The notes under the pieces are model-generated. The model was given only the letters and a program-made list of their open reading frames with translations. It had not been told where the DNA came from and did not search any database. DNA of 64,000 nt from a virus (Duplodnaviria; Caudoviricetes), in the IMG/VR virus record IMGVR_UViG_3300049182_000044, positions 32,001 to 96,000 of that record, one strand, 5' to 3'. Shown here one piece after another: positions 1 to 10,175 of the stretch. The translations under genes were made by a program, and so were the position numbers. Position 1 is the first letter of the stretch. Each line of letters opens with the position of its first letter.

Positions 1-36
1 AATTCTCATTTCAATTTCCTAACAAGGAGTAACACC

Positions 37-942
37 ATGGCAATCCAACGCCGCCTGAAGAACGTGGCTGACACGTCCATCGCAAAGAAACGCAAGAAGA
101 AAAAGACCGACGCCAAGTCGATCGCCGCTCGCAAGAAGGCAAAAGCTTACCGCATGAAGAACAAGGGCAAGCTGAAGGTCGCGCGCAAGAAGCGCGAGAT
201 GAAGAAGACGGCCGCTGAAAAAGCGTTCGAGAAGAAGCACAAGGAAATCGTTGCCGAGAAGCTGCACGGCAAGAAGAAGAAGGCCAAGAAGGCAGGCAAG
301 GTCGCCGCTGGTGATGCCAAGGGCGCACGCGCCAAGGCAAAGGAAGAGCGTCTGAAGGCCAAGGCAGCGAAGAAGGCCGCTGCTGAAGCCAAGAAGAAGG
401 CAGCCGCTGCCAAGAAGGAACTCGCCAAGGCTCACAAGGCTGCGAAGAAGTCCCTGGTCACCAAGCACAAGCAAGCGCTGAAGAAGCTCGTCGGCGATCA
501 CAAGAAGAAGTTGTCCTCGCTCGGCGGCAAGGCCAAGACGGCGAAGAAGTCGGTTGCCAAGAAGGCCAAGGTCGTTGTGAAAGCAGCGAAGAAGACCGCT
601 AAGGTCGCTGTCAAGAAGGCGAAGAAAGTAGCCAAGAAGGCAGCAGCCGCTCCGGCAGCTAAGGCACCGAAGGCCAAGAAGGCGAAGAAGGCAAAAGCAG
701 CTAAGGCTGCTAAGCCGGCAGCCAAGAAGGCCAAGGCACCGAAGGCCAAGAAGGCAGCTAAGGTAGCAAAGGCACCGAAGGCTAAGAAGGCCAAAGTCGC
801 CAAGGCACCGAAGGCCAACAAGGTCCCGAAGGCAGCCAAGAAGGCAGCTAAGAAAGTCGCTTCCAAGACCACGACCAAGAAGGTCGGTCTGAAGAAGAAG
901 ACCGCAAAGCCGCTCGCTAAGAAGGCACGTCCGCATCTGTAA
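37..942 (+). CDS. Histone H1-like Lys/Ala-rich basic protein (paralog 1)
   Basis: 301 aa, over a third Lys, KAPKAKKA/AAKKA repeats; AAGGAG RBS upstream; AAG-dominated codons. Confidence 0.85.
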   Translation: MAIQRRLKNVADTSIAKKRKKKKTDAKSIAARKKAKAYRMKNKGKLKVARKKREMKKTAAEKAFEKKHKEIVAEKLHGKKKKAKKAGKVAAGDAKGARAKAKEERLKAKAAKKAAAEAKKKAAAAKKELAKAHKAAKKSLVTKHKQALKKLVGDHKKKLSSLGGKAKTAKKSVAKKAKVVVKAAKKTAKVAVKKAKKVAKKAAAAPAAKAPKAKKAKKAKAAKAAKPAAKKAKAPKAKKAAKVAKAPKAKKAKVAKAPKANKVPKAAKKAAKKVASKTTTKKVGLKKKTAKPLAKKARPHL

Positions 943-977
943 TCTCAGGTCGGAAAGCTGAATAAGCGATCTTAATG

Positions 978-1018
978 AAATGGGCCCAAATGTTTAATCG
1001 CATTTCGGGCCCATTTTT
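978..1018 (+). terminator. Rho-independent terminator-like hairpin
   Basis: aaatgggccc-aaatg / cattt-c-gggcccattt followed by T run. Confidence 0.7.
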
Positions 1019-1043
1019 GTATCTACACTCAATCGAGGCAAAC

Positions 1044-2006
1044 ATGGCAACGAAGAAAACCGCAGCAAAGAAACCCGCTGCAAAGAAGAAAGCTGCGGCG
1101 AAGAAGCCAGCAGCCAAGAAAACCACTGTGAAGAAAGTGGCGAAGAAGACCACAGCCAAGAAGACTGCGGCGAAGAAACCGGCAGTGAAGAAGGCCAAGC
1201 CTGCTGCAAAGAAAGCTGCACCGGCTAAGAAGAAGCGCAAGCTGAAGGGCGTTAACGATCTGAGCATCGTCAAACAACGTGCCAAGGGCAAGAAGAAAGG
1301 CGCAGCTGCAGTCAAAGCTCGTCTGAAGAACAAGCAATACCGCCTGAAGAACAAGGCGAAGATCAAGCAGAAAGCCAAGGTCCGCAAGGCCAAGATGACG
1401 GCGGCGGAAAAGGCTTTCAACAAGAAGCACAAGGAAGTCATCAAGAAGCATCACGCCAAGACCAAGGGCAAGATCGCTAAGCTGAAAGAAAACCACACCG
1501 CCAAGATCGCGAAGCTGAAAGCCAAGAAGCAGACGCCGAACGTCAAGGCAAAGATCCAGGCTACGAAGGCCAAGCACACCGAGAAGGTCACGGCGCTGAA
1601 GCAGGCTCACGAGAAGAAGAAAGAATCGCTCCTTTCCAAACTCGGCGGCCTGGCTAAGAAGGCTGTGAAGACCGGAACAAAGGCGGTCAAGAAGGCCCTG
1701 AACATGGGCAAGAAGACCAAGAAGGTCAAGATCGACAAAGGCTTCAAGAACGTCACTCCGAAACAAGGCGCTAAGGCGAACAAGGCTCGTAAGGCCAAGC
1801 TTGGCGCGAAGAAAGTTCCGACCGTGAAGAAACGTTCTGCAAAAGAACTTGAGTCGTTCGAGGGATCGCCGCGCAAGAAGTCCAAGATCTCAAAGATCGT
1901 TCCGAGCAAAAAGGGCTCTAAGAAGGTCACGAAGGTAGTCAAGAAAGCAGCGAAGAAAGTCTCGCTGAAGAAGGCTAAGAAGCCGGCCAAGAAGTCCAAG
2001 AAGTAA
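1044..2006 (+). CDS. Histone H1-like Lys/Ala-rich basic protein (paralog 2)
   Basis: Start at MATKK (GAGG RBS) rather than 975; KKPAAKK repeats; shares YR(L/M)KNK..K...TAAEKAF.KKHKE with paralog 1. Confidence 0.85.
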   Translation: MATKKTAAKKPAAKKKAAAKKPAAKKTTVKKVAKKTTAKKTAAKKPAVKKAKPAAKKAAPAKKKRKLKGVNDLSIVKQRAKGKKKGAAAVKARLKNKQYRLKNKAKIKQKAKVRKAKMTAAEKAFNKKHKEVIKKHHAKTKGKIAKLKENHTAKIAKLKAKKQTPNVKAKIQATKAKHTEKVTALKQAHEKKKESLLSKLGGLAKKAVKTGTKAVKKALNMGKKTKKVKIDKGFKNVTPKQGAKANKARKAKLGAKKVPTVKKRSAKELESFEGSPRKKSKISKIVPSKKGSKKVTKVVKKAAKKVSLKKAKKPAKKSKK

Positions 2007-2021
2007 CCAACGGAGGTCACC

Positions 2022-2213
2022 ATGGCCTATAAAACCGTTCGTGTGAAAACACGTAAGTTGACGCCGATGCAGAGCATCACCCGGCGACGCAAGTTCATCG
2101 CAAAGTTGCAACGCAGTAAAGACCCACGTAAAGTGGAGAAGATTGCGTTCCACAATGCTGCGATCAAATCGTTGCAGGCGAAGATGCGTCTGAAGAACCA
2201 AAAGCGTAAGTAG
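2022..2213 (+). CDS. Small basic protein
   Basis: 63 aa Arg/Lys-rich ORF with GGAGG RBS, followed by terminator. Confidence 0.75.
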   Translation: MAYKTVRVKTRKLTPMQSITRRRKFIAKLQRSKDPRKVEKIAFHNAAIKSLQAKMRLKNQKRK

Positions 2214-2220
2214 TAACGTA

Positions 2221-2251
2221 GGGACCCATATCTAAACGGTATGGGTCCTTT
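2221..2251 (+). terminator. Terminator hairpin
   Basis: ggacccata / tatgggtcc stem then TTT. Confidence 0.7.
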
Positions 2252-2271
2252 CGTCATTTGAGGTCGAAAAA

Positions 2272-2631
2272 ATGAACGCACATCCTGAATTTCCTGTCGC
2301 CCTGAAGTACAACACTTTGCAGTTTGCAGCGAATGTGCTGATGCATATCCGTGGCCGTGAAGATACCGAAATGGGCACAATCGGTGAGCAGATGCTGGAA
2401 CTGCTTTCTTCTTTCCGCCGAGTGCGACCCGAATACATCGACGAGTTCTATGAACTCCTAACCGGCCTGTGCACCTACCTGATTAAATACTCTGGACTCG
2501 CAGAATCCTGCTCGAAGTCCGGTGCGTACAAAGCACGCCGTCTCGAGTGTTTGGCCACAATCAAAACGCTTATTCAAGGTATCGAAAAGCAAGAAGATGT
2601 GATGAAACTGCTCCGGAATATGCGTCGCTAA
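2272..2631 (+). CDS. Hypothetical protein
   Basis: 119 aa ORF, GAGG RBS. Confidence 0.7.
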   Translation: MNAHPEFPVALKYNTLQFAANVLMHIRGREDTEMGTIGEQMLELLSSFRRVRPEYIDEFYELLTGLCTYLIKYSGLAESCSKSGAYKARRLECLATIKTLIQGIEKQEDVMKLLRNMRR

Positions 2632-2741
2632 TCTGTCCAAAAACGGGCCTTATTGGTGCTCCGTATGTCTGCGGTTTTGCAAGCGAAAATGTAATTTGAA
2701 TGTATAGTTTCAACAAATACCAGCATCTATAAGGTCCTATA

Positions 2742-4142
2742 ATGAAGGCGAAATCTGCATTAGACACGATGGAACGCATTCGCAAGGCTCGTAGCCTGAA
2801 CGACGTTGTATCCATCGTCCGCGACATTGCAAAGAACGTCGTTGCACAGCAAAAGAGTGTGACGAAAATGGGTGTATCCCTATCCGCCGGCAAGAAAATC
2901 AAAGACGAGACACTTGACATTGACCACACTGGCAAGAAGCCGGTTCGTGTGCGAGTCGGATCGAAGAAAAAGAAGGGTTCTGCACCTTTGAGTAGCGGAG
3001 CCAAGCTGGAGGGTTTCAAAGCTCCTCCTGCCGGACAAGTCAAAGAACACATGGAAGTCGTGCACCAGTTGCATGACAACGTAAAGCAACTGGAAGCCGC
3101 TCGTGCGCTGATCGAGCAGGCGTTTTCCCGTTCTGCGAAGAAGGATGTTGCCTTGAAGGGTATTGATGCCCTGATTAAGGACAGCACCAAGATCGTGAAC
3201 AACGCTTACGACATGATGGAAGAAATCTCGAAAAAGCACATTCCTGAAGAACTCGAAGAGATGAATCAATCTCTGTTCGACTTCTTGCTCGAGGCTGTTC
3301 CACAAGACAAGTACGCCAACATCATCCAGGGCACCTACGTGACTCTGCGTGAAACGGATTCCTCAGTTGCTCCTGCTGGCAAAGGTCCGAGTAAGCTGAA
3401 GATGAATACGGACTTCGTGTTCTCGTGCTACAACGTTCTCGAAAATCTGGAAGCCAGCGATGGCTACTTCTTCCCGAAATACGTACTGGTGCTGACCGGC
3501 GTGGTCGACCACCGTACCAAGGAAGGAAAGCCACATAGCGTCCTGCGTTACTTCCTGAATGCTTTGCCGGATTTCCGCGAGCCAGGAAAATACGATCTGG
3601 GCGCTGAAGTGCGGGACGAAGCGGACATGATGCATCGTGCGTCCCTCCTGCTTGCTCACAATTCCGTAGTCGTTCCGTTTGAACGTAAACCGATGCCACT
3701 CACCGATTCCGATGTGAAGACCAAAGGCTTCCACGGCATCCCGAACGTAGCTCGCGCTTATGTAGATGACGATCAACTGTGCGTCGTGGTCAAGAAGGGC
3801 AAGGCCAATACGGCTAACATTCAGAAGATTCAGACTGAAGTGATGTCTCTTCTGACTGCTGTCATCCGCACACCGAAGAAGGTCAAAGAAGCGGGGCCGA
3901 CGGGTAAGGGTGGTACTGTATTCAAATCCGCAGGTCGCGGCTCGGTCATTCTGCCGGCGCGTCCGGTGAAGGAAGGCGACAACACGGTTCTCAAGTTCTC
4001 GCTAATCCCTAACATCCCGGAAACCGATGCACAGCAGAAGTACACGGTCAATGTGGCTAAGCTGAAAGATCTGCAGGAGATGCTGGAACTGCCTGATGAC
4101 GTTATGTCCGAAGTCAAGAAGGCCTTGAAGCATCACATCTAA
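2742..4142 (+). CDS. Hypothetical protein, probable virion protein
   Basis: 466 aa ORF with phage-typical codons; KMGVSLSA motif at aa 42-49. Confidence 0.75.
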   Translation: MKAKSALDTMERIRKARSLNDVVSIVRDIAKNVVAQQKSVTKMGVSLSAGKKIKDETLDIDHTGKKPVRVRVGSKKKKGSAPLSSGAKLEGFKAPPAGQVKEHMEVVHQLHDNVKQLEAARALIEQAFSRSAKKDVALKGIDALIKDSTKIVNNAYDMMEEISKKHIPEELEEMNQSLFDFLLEAVPQDKYANIIQGTYVTLRETDSSVAPAGKGPSKLKMNTDFVFSCYNVLENLEASDGYFFPKYVLVLTGVVDHRTKEGKPHSVLRYFLNALPDFREPGKYDLGAEVRDEADMMHRASLLLAHNSVVVPFERKPMPLTDSDVKTKGFHGIPNVARAYVDDDQLCVVVKKGKANTANIQKIQTEVMSLLTAVIRTPKKVKEAGPTGKGGTVFKSAGRGSVILPARPVKEGDNTVLKFSLIPNIPETDAQQKYTVNVAKLKDLQEMLELPDDVMSEVKKALKHHI

Positions 4143-4154
4143 AGTTTGGCTGAG

Positions 4155-4204
4155 AATGCTCGATACTTCTGCGCTATCAAGTGTAAGCGGTATCGAGCAT
4201 TTTT
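4155..4204 (+). terminator. Terminator hairpin
   Basis: aatgctcgatac / gtatcgagcatt 12-bp stem then TTT. Confidence 0.7.
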
Positions 4205-4226
4205 ACCATGGGTCATGGAGTTCTAA

Positions 4227-5408
4227 ATGCAACATCGTCAACAGGTGGTGAACTTCCGAACGTCAGAGTTTCCTCTGTCGGGAGCATTTGCACCTTTCCT
4301 ACTCAAGCCGAGGATGACGTACATCAACATCGGTGACCTCTTTGAATATGTCGCTGATCTGCTCTGGCACACAACTGGCGTCTTGACCAATCGCGTTGAC
4401 TTCACACTCGTCAACGCTTTCTCGCCCTTCACCGGATTCTCATACGGCTCTCACCCCATCCCGCCTAAACTTGCTTGGCCGACTGGGAAGAGCCTTATCC
4501 TTACCTTTGCGATCAGTGCGATCGACCCGTACACTGAAACGACAGAGCTGAAACTGAATCAAACGGCACGGCTGAGCAACAAGCATACTCGCTGGAGCTA
4601 TAGAGACGGTGCGCAGGACTATGTTTCGATTTCGGTGGACACCACAGTCGGTGCAGAGCTTGGCATTCGCTACCCCAAATTCAATGAGCTGCAATACATC
4701 TACAACTTGATCGGTGCAATGTCGAAGTCTATGGTTCGCCGTCAGACGGTTTATCGCAGCCCGAACGAGTCGTATGAAGAGCTGCACGAAAGCTATTCTC
4801 TGGTGAATTTGCATTCGCGCATTTTCAACATGCCGATCAAGAACTTGTTCAATCAGATTCCGTACCACTTGTGGGTGTTCAATGGCAACCTCTGGCGTTT
4901 GGCACCTAATGTCATCCCCCAGCGTTTGATTACCCCTCAGGCAGCCCTGTACTTCTTCATGTATCTGAGCGATGTAACTCGCTTCTCGCGCTGTGTCGGC
5001 GACGTGACGATGAAACGTCTCGGTCTCGAACTTGGAACTACGGAAGAAGGCATCGTCGGTCTGCTGACCAAGAGCGTGCTGAATATGGTGCAAATGATTA
5101 AGACTCCGGGCGACCGTGATCTGTCTGATCTGGAATTGCTTGCACCAGCGGTCCTTCAGGCGCTCCTGATTACAGGCAGCTCGACGATCAAGACACGTTC
5201 CTCATATCGTGCAGATCTCATTGCAAGTACAAAGATGTTGATCGAGGACCTTCAGGCACGCGAGAACGATCTCGGGCACTTGTTTATGCCGCCACGCGAA
5301 ACAGCACGCAAACTCATTTTAGAGGATCGCAACTACATTCGGATGATCGAGAACGCAATGGTGTTCCCTCAGTCGGATTTAGATAGCGATCCAATGGAGG
5401 TATCATGA
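4227..5408 (+). CDS. Hypothetical protein
   Basis: 393 aa ORF, GGAG RBS, overlaps next gene (ATGA). Confidence 0.75.
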   Translation: MQHRQQVVNFRTSEFPLSGAFAPFLLKPRMTYINIGDLFEYVADLLWHTTGVLTNRVDFTLVNAFSPFTGFSYGSHPIPPKLAWPTGKSLILTFAISAIDPYTETTELKLNQTARLSNKHTRWSYRDGAQDYVSISVDTTVGAELGIRYPKFNELQYIYNLIGAMSKSMVRRQTVYRSPNESYEELHESYSLVNLHSRIFNMPIKNLFNQIPYHLWVFNGNLWRLAPNVIPQRLITPQAALYFFMYLSDVTRFSRCVGDVTMKRLGLELGTTEEGIVGLLTKSVLNMVQMIKTPGDRDLSDLELLAPAVLQALLITGSSTIKTRSSYRADLIASTKMLIEDLQARENDLGHLFMPPRETARKLILEDRNYIRMIENAMVFPQSDLDSDPMEVS

Positions 5409-6550
5409 TTCACTATGCGATTGACGGAGCCGTACTTGCGGTGACGCAGAAGTTCATTGACGAGGACTCGGAACAGCCTTTGCTTGCCGCTCCTGGGTAT
5501 CCTCAAGTCAAACTGATTGATGCGGAAAAGAATCGCCTGAGTTCTACTATCGGTAGCCCGACCGCTATCCCAGGTGAATGGAGTGCCAATATCTCTATTC
5601 CGAATCTGGGAGTTGCTGACAAGACTGAGCTACGTTTGATCTGGCGTTTTCTCACCACCGATAACGAGCGCATTGTCGAGAAGGATGTGGTGGTTGTCGA
5701 GCCGCGTGTGGAGTCTCGCGTTTCGGATATCGTTGCGGTGTTCGGTGATCAGAAATTCGCACTGACGTTGCCCGTGTACTTCGGTGGCACAGATACGGCT
5801 GAGTATTATCTGTATCGTGACAACGATATGATTCTGAGTGCCCCAGGTAACCTGGCTGACACCGCGCTCTATCAACGCACTACAACGGTTGACCGTACCA
5901 ATTTCCTACTTCCTCTGAATGTGCCGAATCCTTCGCTTCAAGCCTATCTGGTACGTGTCGATGTGGTGCCATGTGGCGTCGGTCACAAGAAGACGTTCAC
6001 GTACAAGTTGTGGGCGGTGACTCCTCAAATCATGAAGGGCATGTCCTTCTTGGAGGACTTCCTGAATAAGGCAAAAATCGAGAACACGATCCCCGAATTG
6101 CAGTACACGGATGGCGACTTGATTAACTATCTCGAACGCGGTCTGAATCTGTTCAACATGGTAGGCTCTATGCCCACCGCCTTCACCGGCACGAACATGC
6201 AGGGTGTGCTGTTTGATGCATGGGTGACCTGTGCTTCGTACTATGCGCTGGGCGCTCAATTGATGGCTGAGGGCGCATTGGCATTCGATTTCAGTGGTCA
6301 AGGTATTTCGCTGAACGTTGATCGTACCCCGCAGCTTGACTCTGCGCTGGGGCGTATTGAGAGCATGATCGACAGCCGCATCGTCCCGCTCAAGAAAGCT
6401 CTGCAAACTCAGGGCGTTACCAGTGGTGACGGTTCTGTGGGTAAGACCACAATGCGTAATTCAGCTAATCTCGGAACACTCGGACTGACGAATGCTGCGA
6501 CAACTCGTATCCGCGGTGTGCAGAACACCTTCGTCGGCAAGAGGTGGTGA
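5405..6550 (+). CDS. Hypothetical protein, possible head/neck structural protein
   Basis: 381 aa ORF; beta-rich N-terminus and helical C-terminus; function inferred from context only. Confidence 0.6.
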   Translation: MIHYAIDGAVLAVTQKFIDEDSEQPLLAAPGYPQVKLIDAEKNRLSSTIGSPTAIPGEWSANISIPNLGVADKTELRLIWRFLTTDNERIVEKDVVVVEPRVESRVSDIVAVFGDQKFALTLPVYFGGTDTAEYYLYRDNDMILSAPGNLADTALYQRTTTVDRTNFLLPLNVPNPSLQAYLVRVDVVPCGVGHKKTFTYKLWAVTPQIMKGMSFLEDFLNKAKIENTIPELQYTDGDLINYLERGLNLFNMVGSMPTAFTGTNMQGVLFDAWVTCASYYALGAQLMAEGALAFDFSGQGISLNVDRTPQLDSALGRIESMIDSRIVPLKKALQTQGVTSGDGSVGKTTMRNSANLGTLGLTNAATTRIRGVQNTFVGKRW

Positions 6551-6783
6551 TGAGTTCTCTTTGGGAAAGTCCTTCGATTGTCCCAGCGTTATACAAACAG
6601 TTTGGCTGGAAGAAGTCCAGTCAGACTGAAAAGAGTTACAGCATTACAGAGCGTACAGATGGACAGTACGAAGTGAATGTAGACATATTTAGAAGCTTAG
6701 GTGGCTGTCTTGTTGAGGCTGGCCATCAGCATAAAGTATGCCGCAGTTTGACTGAAGCTCAGTCCTATTTAAAACGTTTATGA
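6550..6783 (+). CDS. Hypothetical protein
   Basis: ATG overlapping upstream TGA; 77 aa. Confidence 0.55.
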   Translation: MSSLWESPSIVPALYKQFGWKKSSQTEKSYSITERTDGQYEVNVDIFRSLGGCLVEAGHQHKVCRSLTEAQSYLKRL

Positions 6784-6790
6784 GGCTAAC

Positions 6791-8092
6791 ATGCCATTAG
6801 TTTATGTCCCCCGCAAAAAGAAGCTCGCTCAGATCATTCAAGAGCTATTCGTTAATGCGTCCTCTGTAGGAGCTTTCGGTACTGCGCTGAATGTGCCAGT
6901 CCCGTCAGGCGTGCAGAACGGCGACCTGCTGATTATGTGTATCACAGCAGCCTCTGCCTATACCGACCCGGTCGGCTGGACGCTGGTGTCAGCCTACACC
7001 TGGTCCTATGGATATCATAGCCGGATCTACAAGCGTACAGCCAGCAACGAGCCTGCAGCTTATTCGGTGGTTCCCTCTCAGACTGAGAGCCTCGGAACGA
7101 TCATGGCGTACCGTGGGAAGACAGAGGTGGACGTCGTAGGAACATGGAGTGAGGGCTTGCAGAACTTGGCTATGTCGAGTATAACTACTACGGTGCCAGA
7201 CACGATCCTCATTTCCTATGCTGCAGATCGTTCGCCAACTAGCCCTTCAGCCCCTGCTGGAATGACCTCCCGCGCAGCCTATGCAGGAACATATCTGGGT
7301 TTCCGCGCATCCGATCAAACTCTCGGTGCCGCTGGAGCAACCGGAACACGAAGTGCGGTCGGAGGCACTCAATACAACAGCGCAGGCATCTTGTTTGCGT
7401 TGAGGGGCGGTTTCGACCCATACTGGAATAAGGTAGTCGCGTTGCTGCATCTGGACGGCGCTAACGGCTCCTCGGTGTACACAGACTCGTCGTCACTTGC
7501 TAAGTCCTATAGTTCTCTTGGATCGACGCTGCTGCTCTCAACTACTCAAAAGAAATTTGGCGCTTCCAGTTTACGTACTGCTAATTCAGGAGCTATAGCT
7601 ACCTCTAACCGGGACGGCGCTTTCGATTTCGGCACGGAAGACTTCACGATTGAATTCCAGCATTTCTACGTCCCTGGTGAAGCTGCATCTTATGGTACAT
7701 TCTTCGATATCGGTAGTCAGAAGCTGTCAGTTCAGTTCGGAAATGACACCTCTAAGATGCTCTTCTACGCTTCCGGCGGAGGCGTAACTGGACTGTCGGA
7801 CGGCGTAGGTGTCGCACACGGAATGGTAGCGAATACATGGAATCACGTGGCTGCAGTTCGGCATGGCTCAAACGCATATTTGCTCATTAACGGCGTGAAG
7901 CAGGTCATTTCCACTAACGTATCAGGGTCTATCATTGGTTCCACTGCCTCCAGTACAGTGGCGGCTATCGGCAATTACAGTGGTGGCCAAACATATTCAC
8001 CTGGCGGCTATATGGACGAAGTTCGAGTTACGAAGGGCGTCGCTCGTTACACTGCAGATTTCTCGGTCCCGTCAGCTGCTTTCACTGCGTAA
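6791..8092 (+). CDS. LamG/concanavalin A-like lectin-domain virion protein (tail or adhesion)
   Basis: C-terminal DPYWNKVVALLHLDG...FGTEDFTIEF...WNHVAAVR...GYMDEVRVTKGVARYTADFSVP, typical of phage Laminin_G_3 proteins. Confidence 0.8.
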   Translation: MPLVYVPRKKKLAQIIQELFVNASSVGAFGTALNVPVPSGVQNGDLLIMCITAASAYTDPVGWTLVSAYTWSYGYHSRIYKRTASNEPAAYSVVPSQTESLGTIMAYRGKTEVDVVGTWSEGLQNLAMSSITTTVPDTILISYAADRSPTSPSAPAGMTSRAAYAGTYLGFRASDQTLGAAGATGTRSAVGGTQYNSAGILFALRGGFDPYWNKVVALLHLDGANGSSVYTDSSSLAKSYSSLGSTLLLSTTQKKFGASSLRTANSGAIATSNRDGAFDFGTEDFTIEFQHFYVPGEAASYGTFFDIGSQKLSVQFGNDTSKMLFYASGGGVTGLSDGVGVAHGMVANTWNHVAAVRHGSNAYLLINGVKQVISTNVSGSIIGSTASSTVAAIGNYSGGQTYSPGGYMDEVRVTKGVARYTADFSVPSAAFTA

Positions 8093-8196
8093 TAGTTGCA
8101 GAACCAAGCAAAACATCGTAATTTTCATGCATAGGAAAGCGCATCCTATTAAACATCCTATGCATAGTAAACTCAATCCTTATAAGGAGCAAGAAA

Positions 8197-9069
8197 ATGA
8201 AGAATTCCCGTTCGCAAGGCACGATGCGTGCTGTTATTGCTGGCGCACGTACCGGTGAGCCAGTTGTTGAAGTCAAGAGCTACGCACTGGCTGGTGCGGG
8301 TATGGCTCGCGTCCTCGTGGAAGTGACCCACACGGAAGAATCTCGCAAGGACCCGTCCGTGATCGCATCCGCAATCCGCGCCCGTCTCGACAACAAGATG
8401 GAAGCTGTTGCAGGCTCCTTCACCACCGTCGAGAAAGGCTCCTTCGTTGAACGCATCACCGGCATCGTTTCGACGATTCGCAAGGCGATTCCGGTCACCG
8501 AAGAGAACATGAAGGGCTTCCGTGCTACGGCTGCCAATATGTTCATGGACGAAGAGAAGGAAATGTGGGCACTCCACAAGACCCAAGCAGGCCAGATTCT
8601 GGTCCAGACCACCGGCATCGGCGACGATATGTCCCTGGTCAATCTGCTTGATTCCTGCTCCAGCGCTGGCTTCCGCAACAGCCCTGACTACGGCCGTCTG
8701 AGCGCCATGGCTTCGGCTACCGCTACTCAAGTTCAAGGTGGCGATTTCGTCTCCTACGTGAACTTCGACAACTCGATCGGCCTGGGCTTTGTCGTGGCTA
8801 CCGCTGCTGACACCGACGACATTCTGGTACTGCCGCACGGCGCCGAAGAAGCAGAAGCAATCAAGCGCGCTGCTGTCACCCAGATCCATGCACAAGACGA
8901 GTTCCCGGCTCACGAGCTGACCTCGGAAGAGCAAGTCGAGCAAGTCGTGGCATCGGCACGTGGCGTGTCGGTTGAAGACCTCCTGTCGTTCTACAAGAAG
9001 GTGTTCGCACGTAACGCCAAGTTCTATGACCTGTTTGCCGCCCGCGTCCGTAGCCATCAGTTCATGTAA
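8197..9069 (+). CDS. Hypothetical protein, probable abundant structural protein
   Basis: 290 aa, AAGGAG RBS, strongly biased codons, own terminator. Confidence 0.75.
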   Translation: MKNSRSQGTMRAVIAGARTGEPVVEVKSYALAGAGMARVLVEVTHTEESRKDPSVIASAIRARLDNKMEAVAGSFTTVEKGSFVERITGIVSTIRKAIPVTEENMKGFRATAANMFMDEEKEMWALHKTQAGQILVQTTGIGDDMSLVNLLDSCSSAGFRNSPDYGRLSAMASATATQVQGGDFVSYVNFDNSIGLGFVVATAADTDDILVLPHGAEEAEAIKRAAVTQIHAQDEFPAHELTSEEQVEQVVASARGVSVEDLLSFYKKVFARNAKFYDLFAARVRSHQFM

Positions 9070-9088
9070 TCGGCAAGTGCAATAAATC

Positions 9089-9117
9089 GAGTGGCCGGGA
9101 AACCGGCCATTCCTTTT
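9089..9117 (+). terminator. Terminator with GAAA tetraloop
   Basis: gagtggccgg-gaaa-ccggccattc then TTTT. Confidence 0.8.
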
Positions 9118-9148
9118 ATGGAGCATTGAAAACATTCGGAATTTTAAC

Positions 9149-9871
9149 ATGGCCAAGATCCTTATTTCTCTTTCAGCTGCGGCTGACCCTAGCTGGAAGA
9201 AAAGCAAATGGTTTCCTAAGAAGGTCCCTAGTGGTGAATCTGCAACTAAGCTTGCCTACGATAATATGCTGAAGGAAGCTCTGCAATCGTTTCCGGCACC
9301 TATTATTAAGCTTCTTCAAACTCAGGGCGTACACGTCGGTGGTAATTCCGTGTTCGACGCAATTCCTGATTTCATGTATGATTTTGAAGAGGCGGCTGCA
9401 GACTGGTTGTTTGAGGTATCGCTCGAAAACTTCTACAAAAACATTACTACGACTGGCAAGTTCTTCACAAAGTTGCACACGCAACTCTCCAAGTGCATGA
9501 AGACCTGGGCGGCTTACAATAAGTTGAATATCGACAGTAAGTATCCCGAATACTCTGCAGCAGTTAAGAAGATCAAGATGCCAGTTATTTCCATATCTTC
9601 TGACAACTCGCTAGCACCAAAAACTATTTCGTATGAGCCGGAGCTTGGAGCATCTTACGTGCAGATGTTTGCTAACGGTAAGCTGGCGGAACAGTTTGGT
9701 TTTGATTCCAGGGCAGCAAATTCTGCAGATCTTGCAGTAGCTAATGCTTTCTTGCTTCTCGTATCGCGAACCGAAAGAGGATATTTTCAACTGTTCACCG
9801 ACACATGGCGTTTCAAGAGCACACTTGCGGCGCCAAAGCCTGCGTCGAAAAAAGACTATACAAACTTTTAG
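9149..9871 (+). CDS. Hypothetical protein with KILISLSA N-terminal motif
   Basis: 240 aa ORF. Confidence 0.7.
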   Translation: MAKILISLSAAADPSWKKSKWFPKKVPSGESATKLAYDNMLKEALQSFPAPIIKLLQTQGVHVGGNSVFDAIPDFMYDFEEAAADWLFEVSLENFYKNITTTGKFFTKLHTQLSKCMKTWAAYNKLNIDSKYPEYSAAVKKIKMPVISISSDNSLAPKTISYEPELGASYVQMFANGKLAEQFGFDSRAANSADLAVANAFLLLVSRTERGYFQLFTDTWRFKSTLAAPKPASKKDYTNF

Positions 9872-9882
9872 AGAGCTTGATA

Positions 9883-10029
9883 ATGAAAACCGCTCTTTTG
9901 ATGGTAACGTGGCAGAAGCACTTCATCGAAGCCGTGTTTGGCCCGTATGTCGCAATGACAGAGGCCATGATGTCTATCGTGATGAAAAACGCGATTTCCC
10001 GCACGGCGCAATTGCTCAAACCTACGTGA
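9883..10029 (+). CDS. Small hypothetical protein
   Basis: 48 aa ORF from ATG after GAGAG; fills the gap between genes. Confidence 0.35.
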   Translation: MKTALLMVTWQKHFIEAVFGPYVAMTEAMMSIVMKNAISRTAQLLKPT

Positions 10030-10175
10030 TTCTGCGTCGTACCTGAACCCCTGTGCGTCGTTTGACAGATCGTGAACTTTGTGATATACTGGAATCGTGA
10101 AGGAGCTCTGCACCGCGTCGTTCAGGACCTTCAGGTTTGCGAAATTCACCAACCATCAAATTCAGGGAGTTCATC

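Noticed and set aside
600-900. Repetitive aaggc/gccaag DNA as a repeat array or CRISPR
   Set aside because: Coding repeats of Lys/Ala; no repeat-spacer periodicity or cas genes seen anywhere in the window
975-1043. ORF-track start at 975 for the second H1-like gene
   Set aside because: Runs through the terminator hairpin; the RBS supports 1044
11-2023. Long minus-strand ORFs (305 aa, 245 aa and others) opposite the Lys-rich genes; similar shadows at 18202-19938 and 27708-29024
   Set aside because: Antisense shadows of biased + strand codons (Leu/Phe-rich), no RBS or motifs
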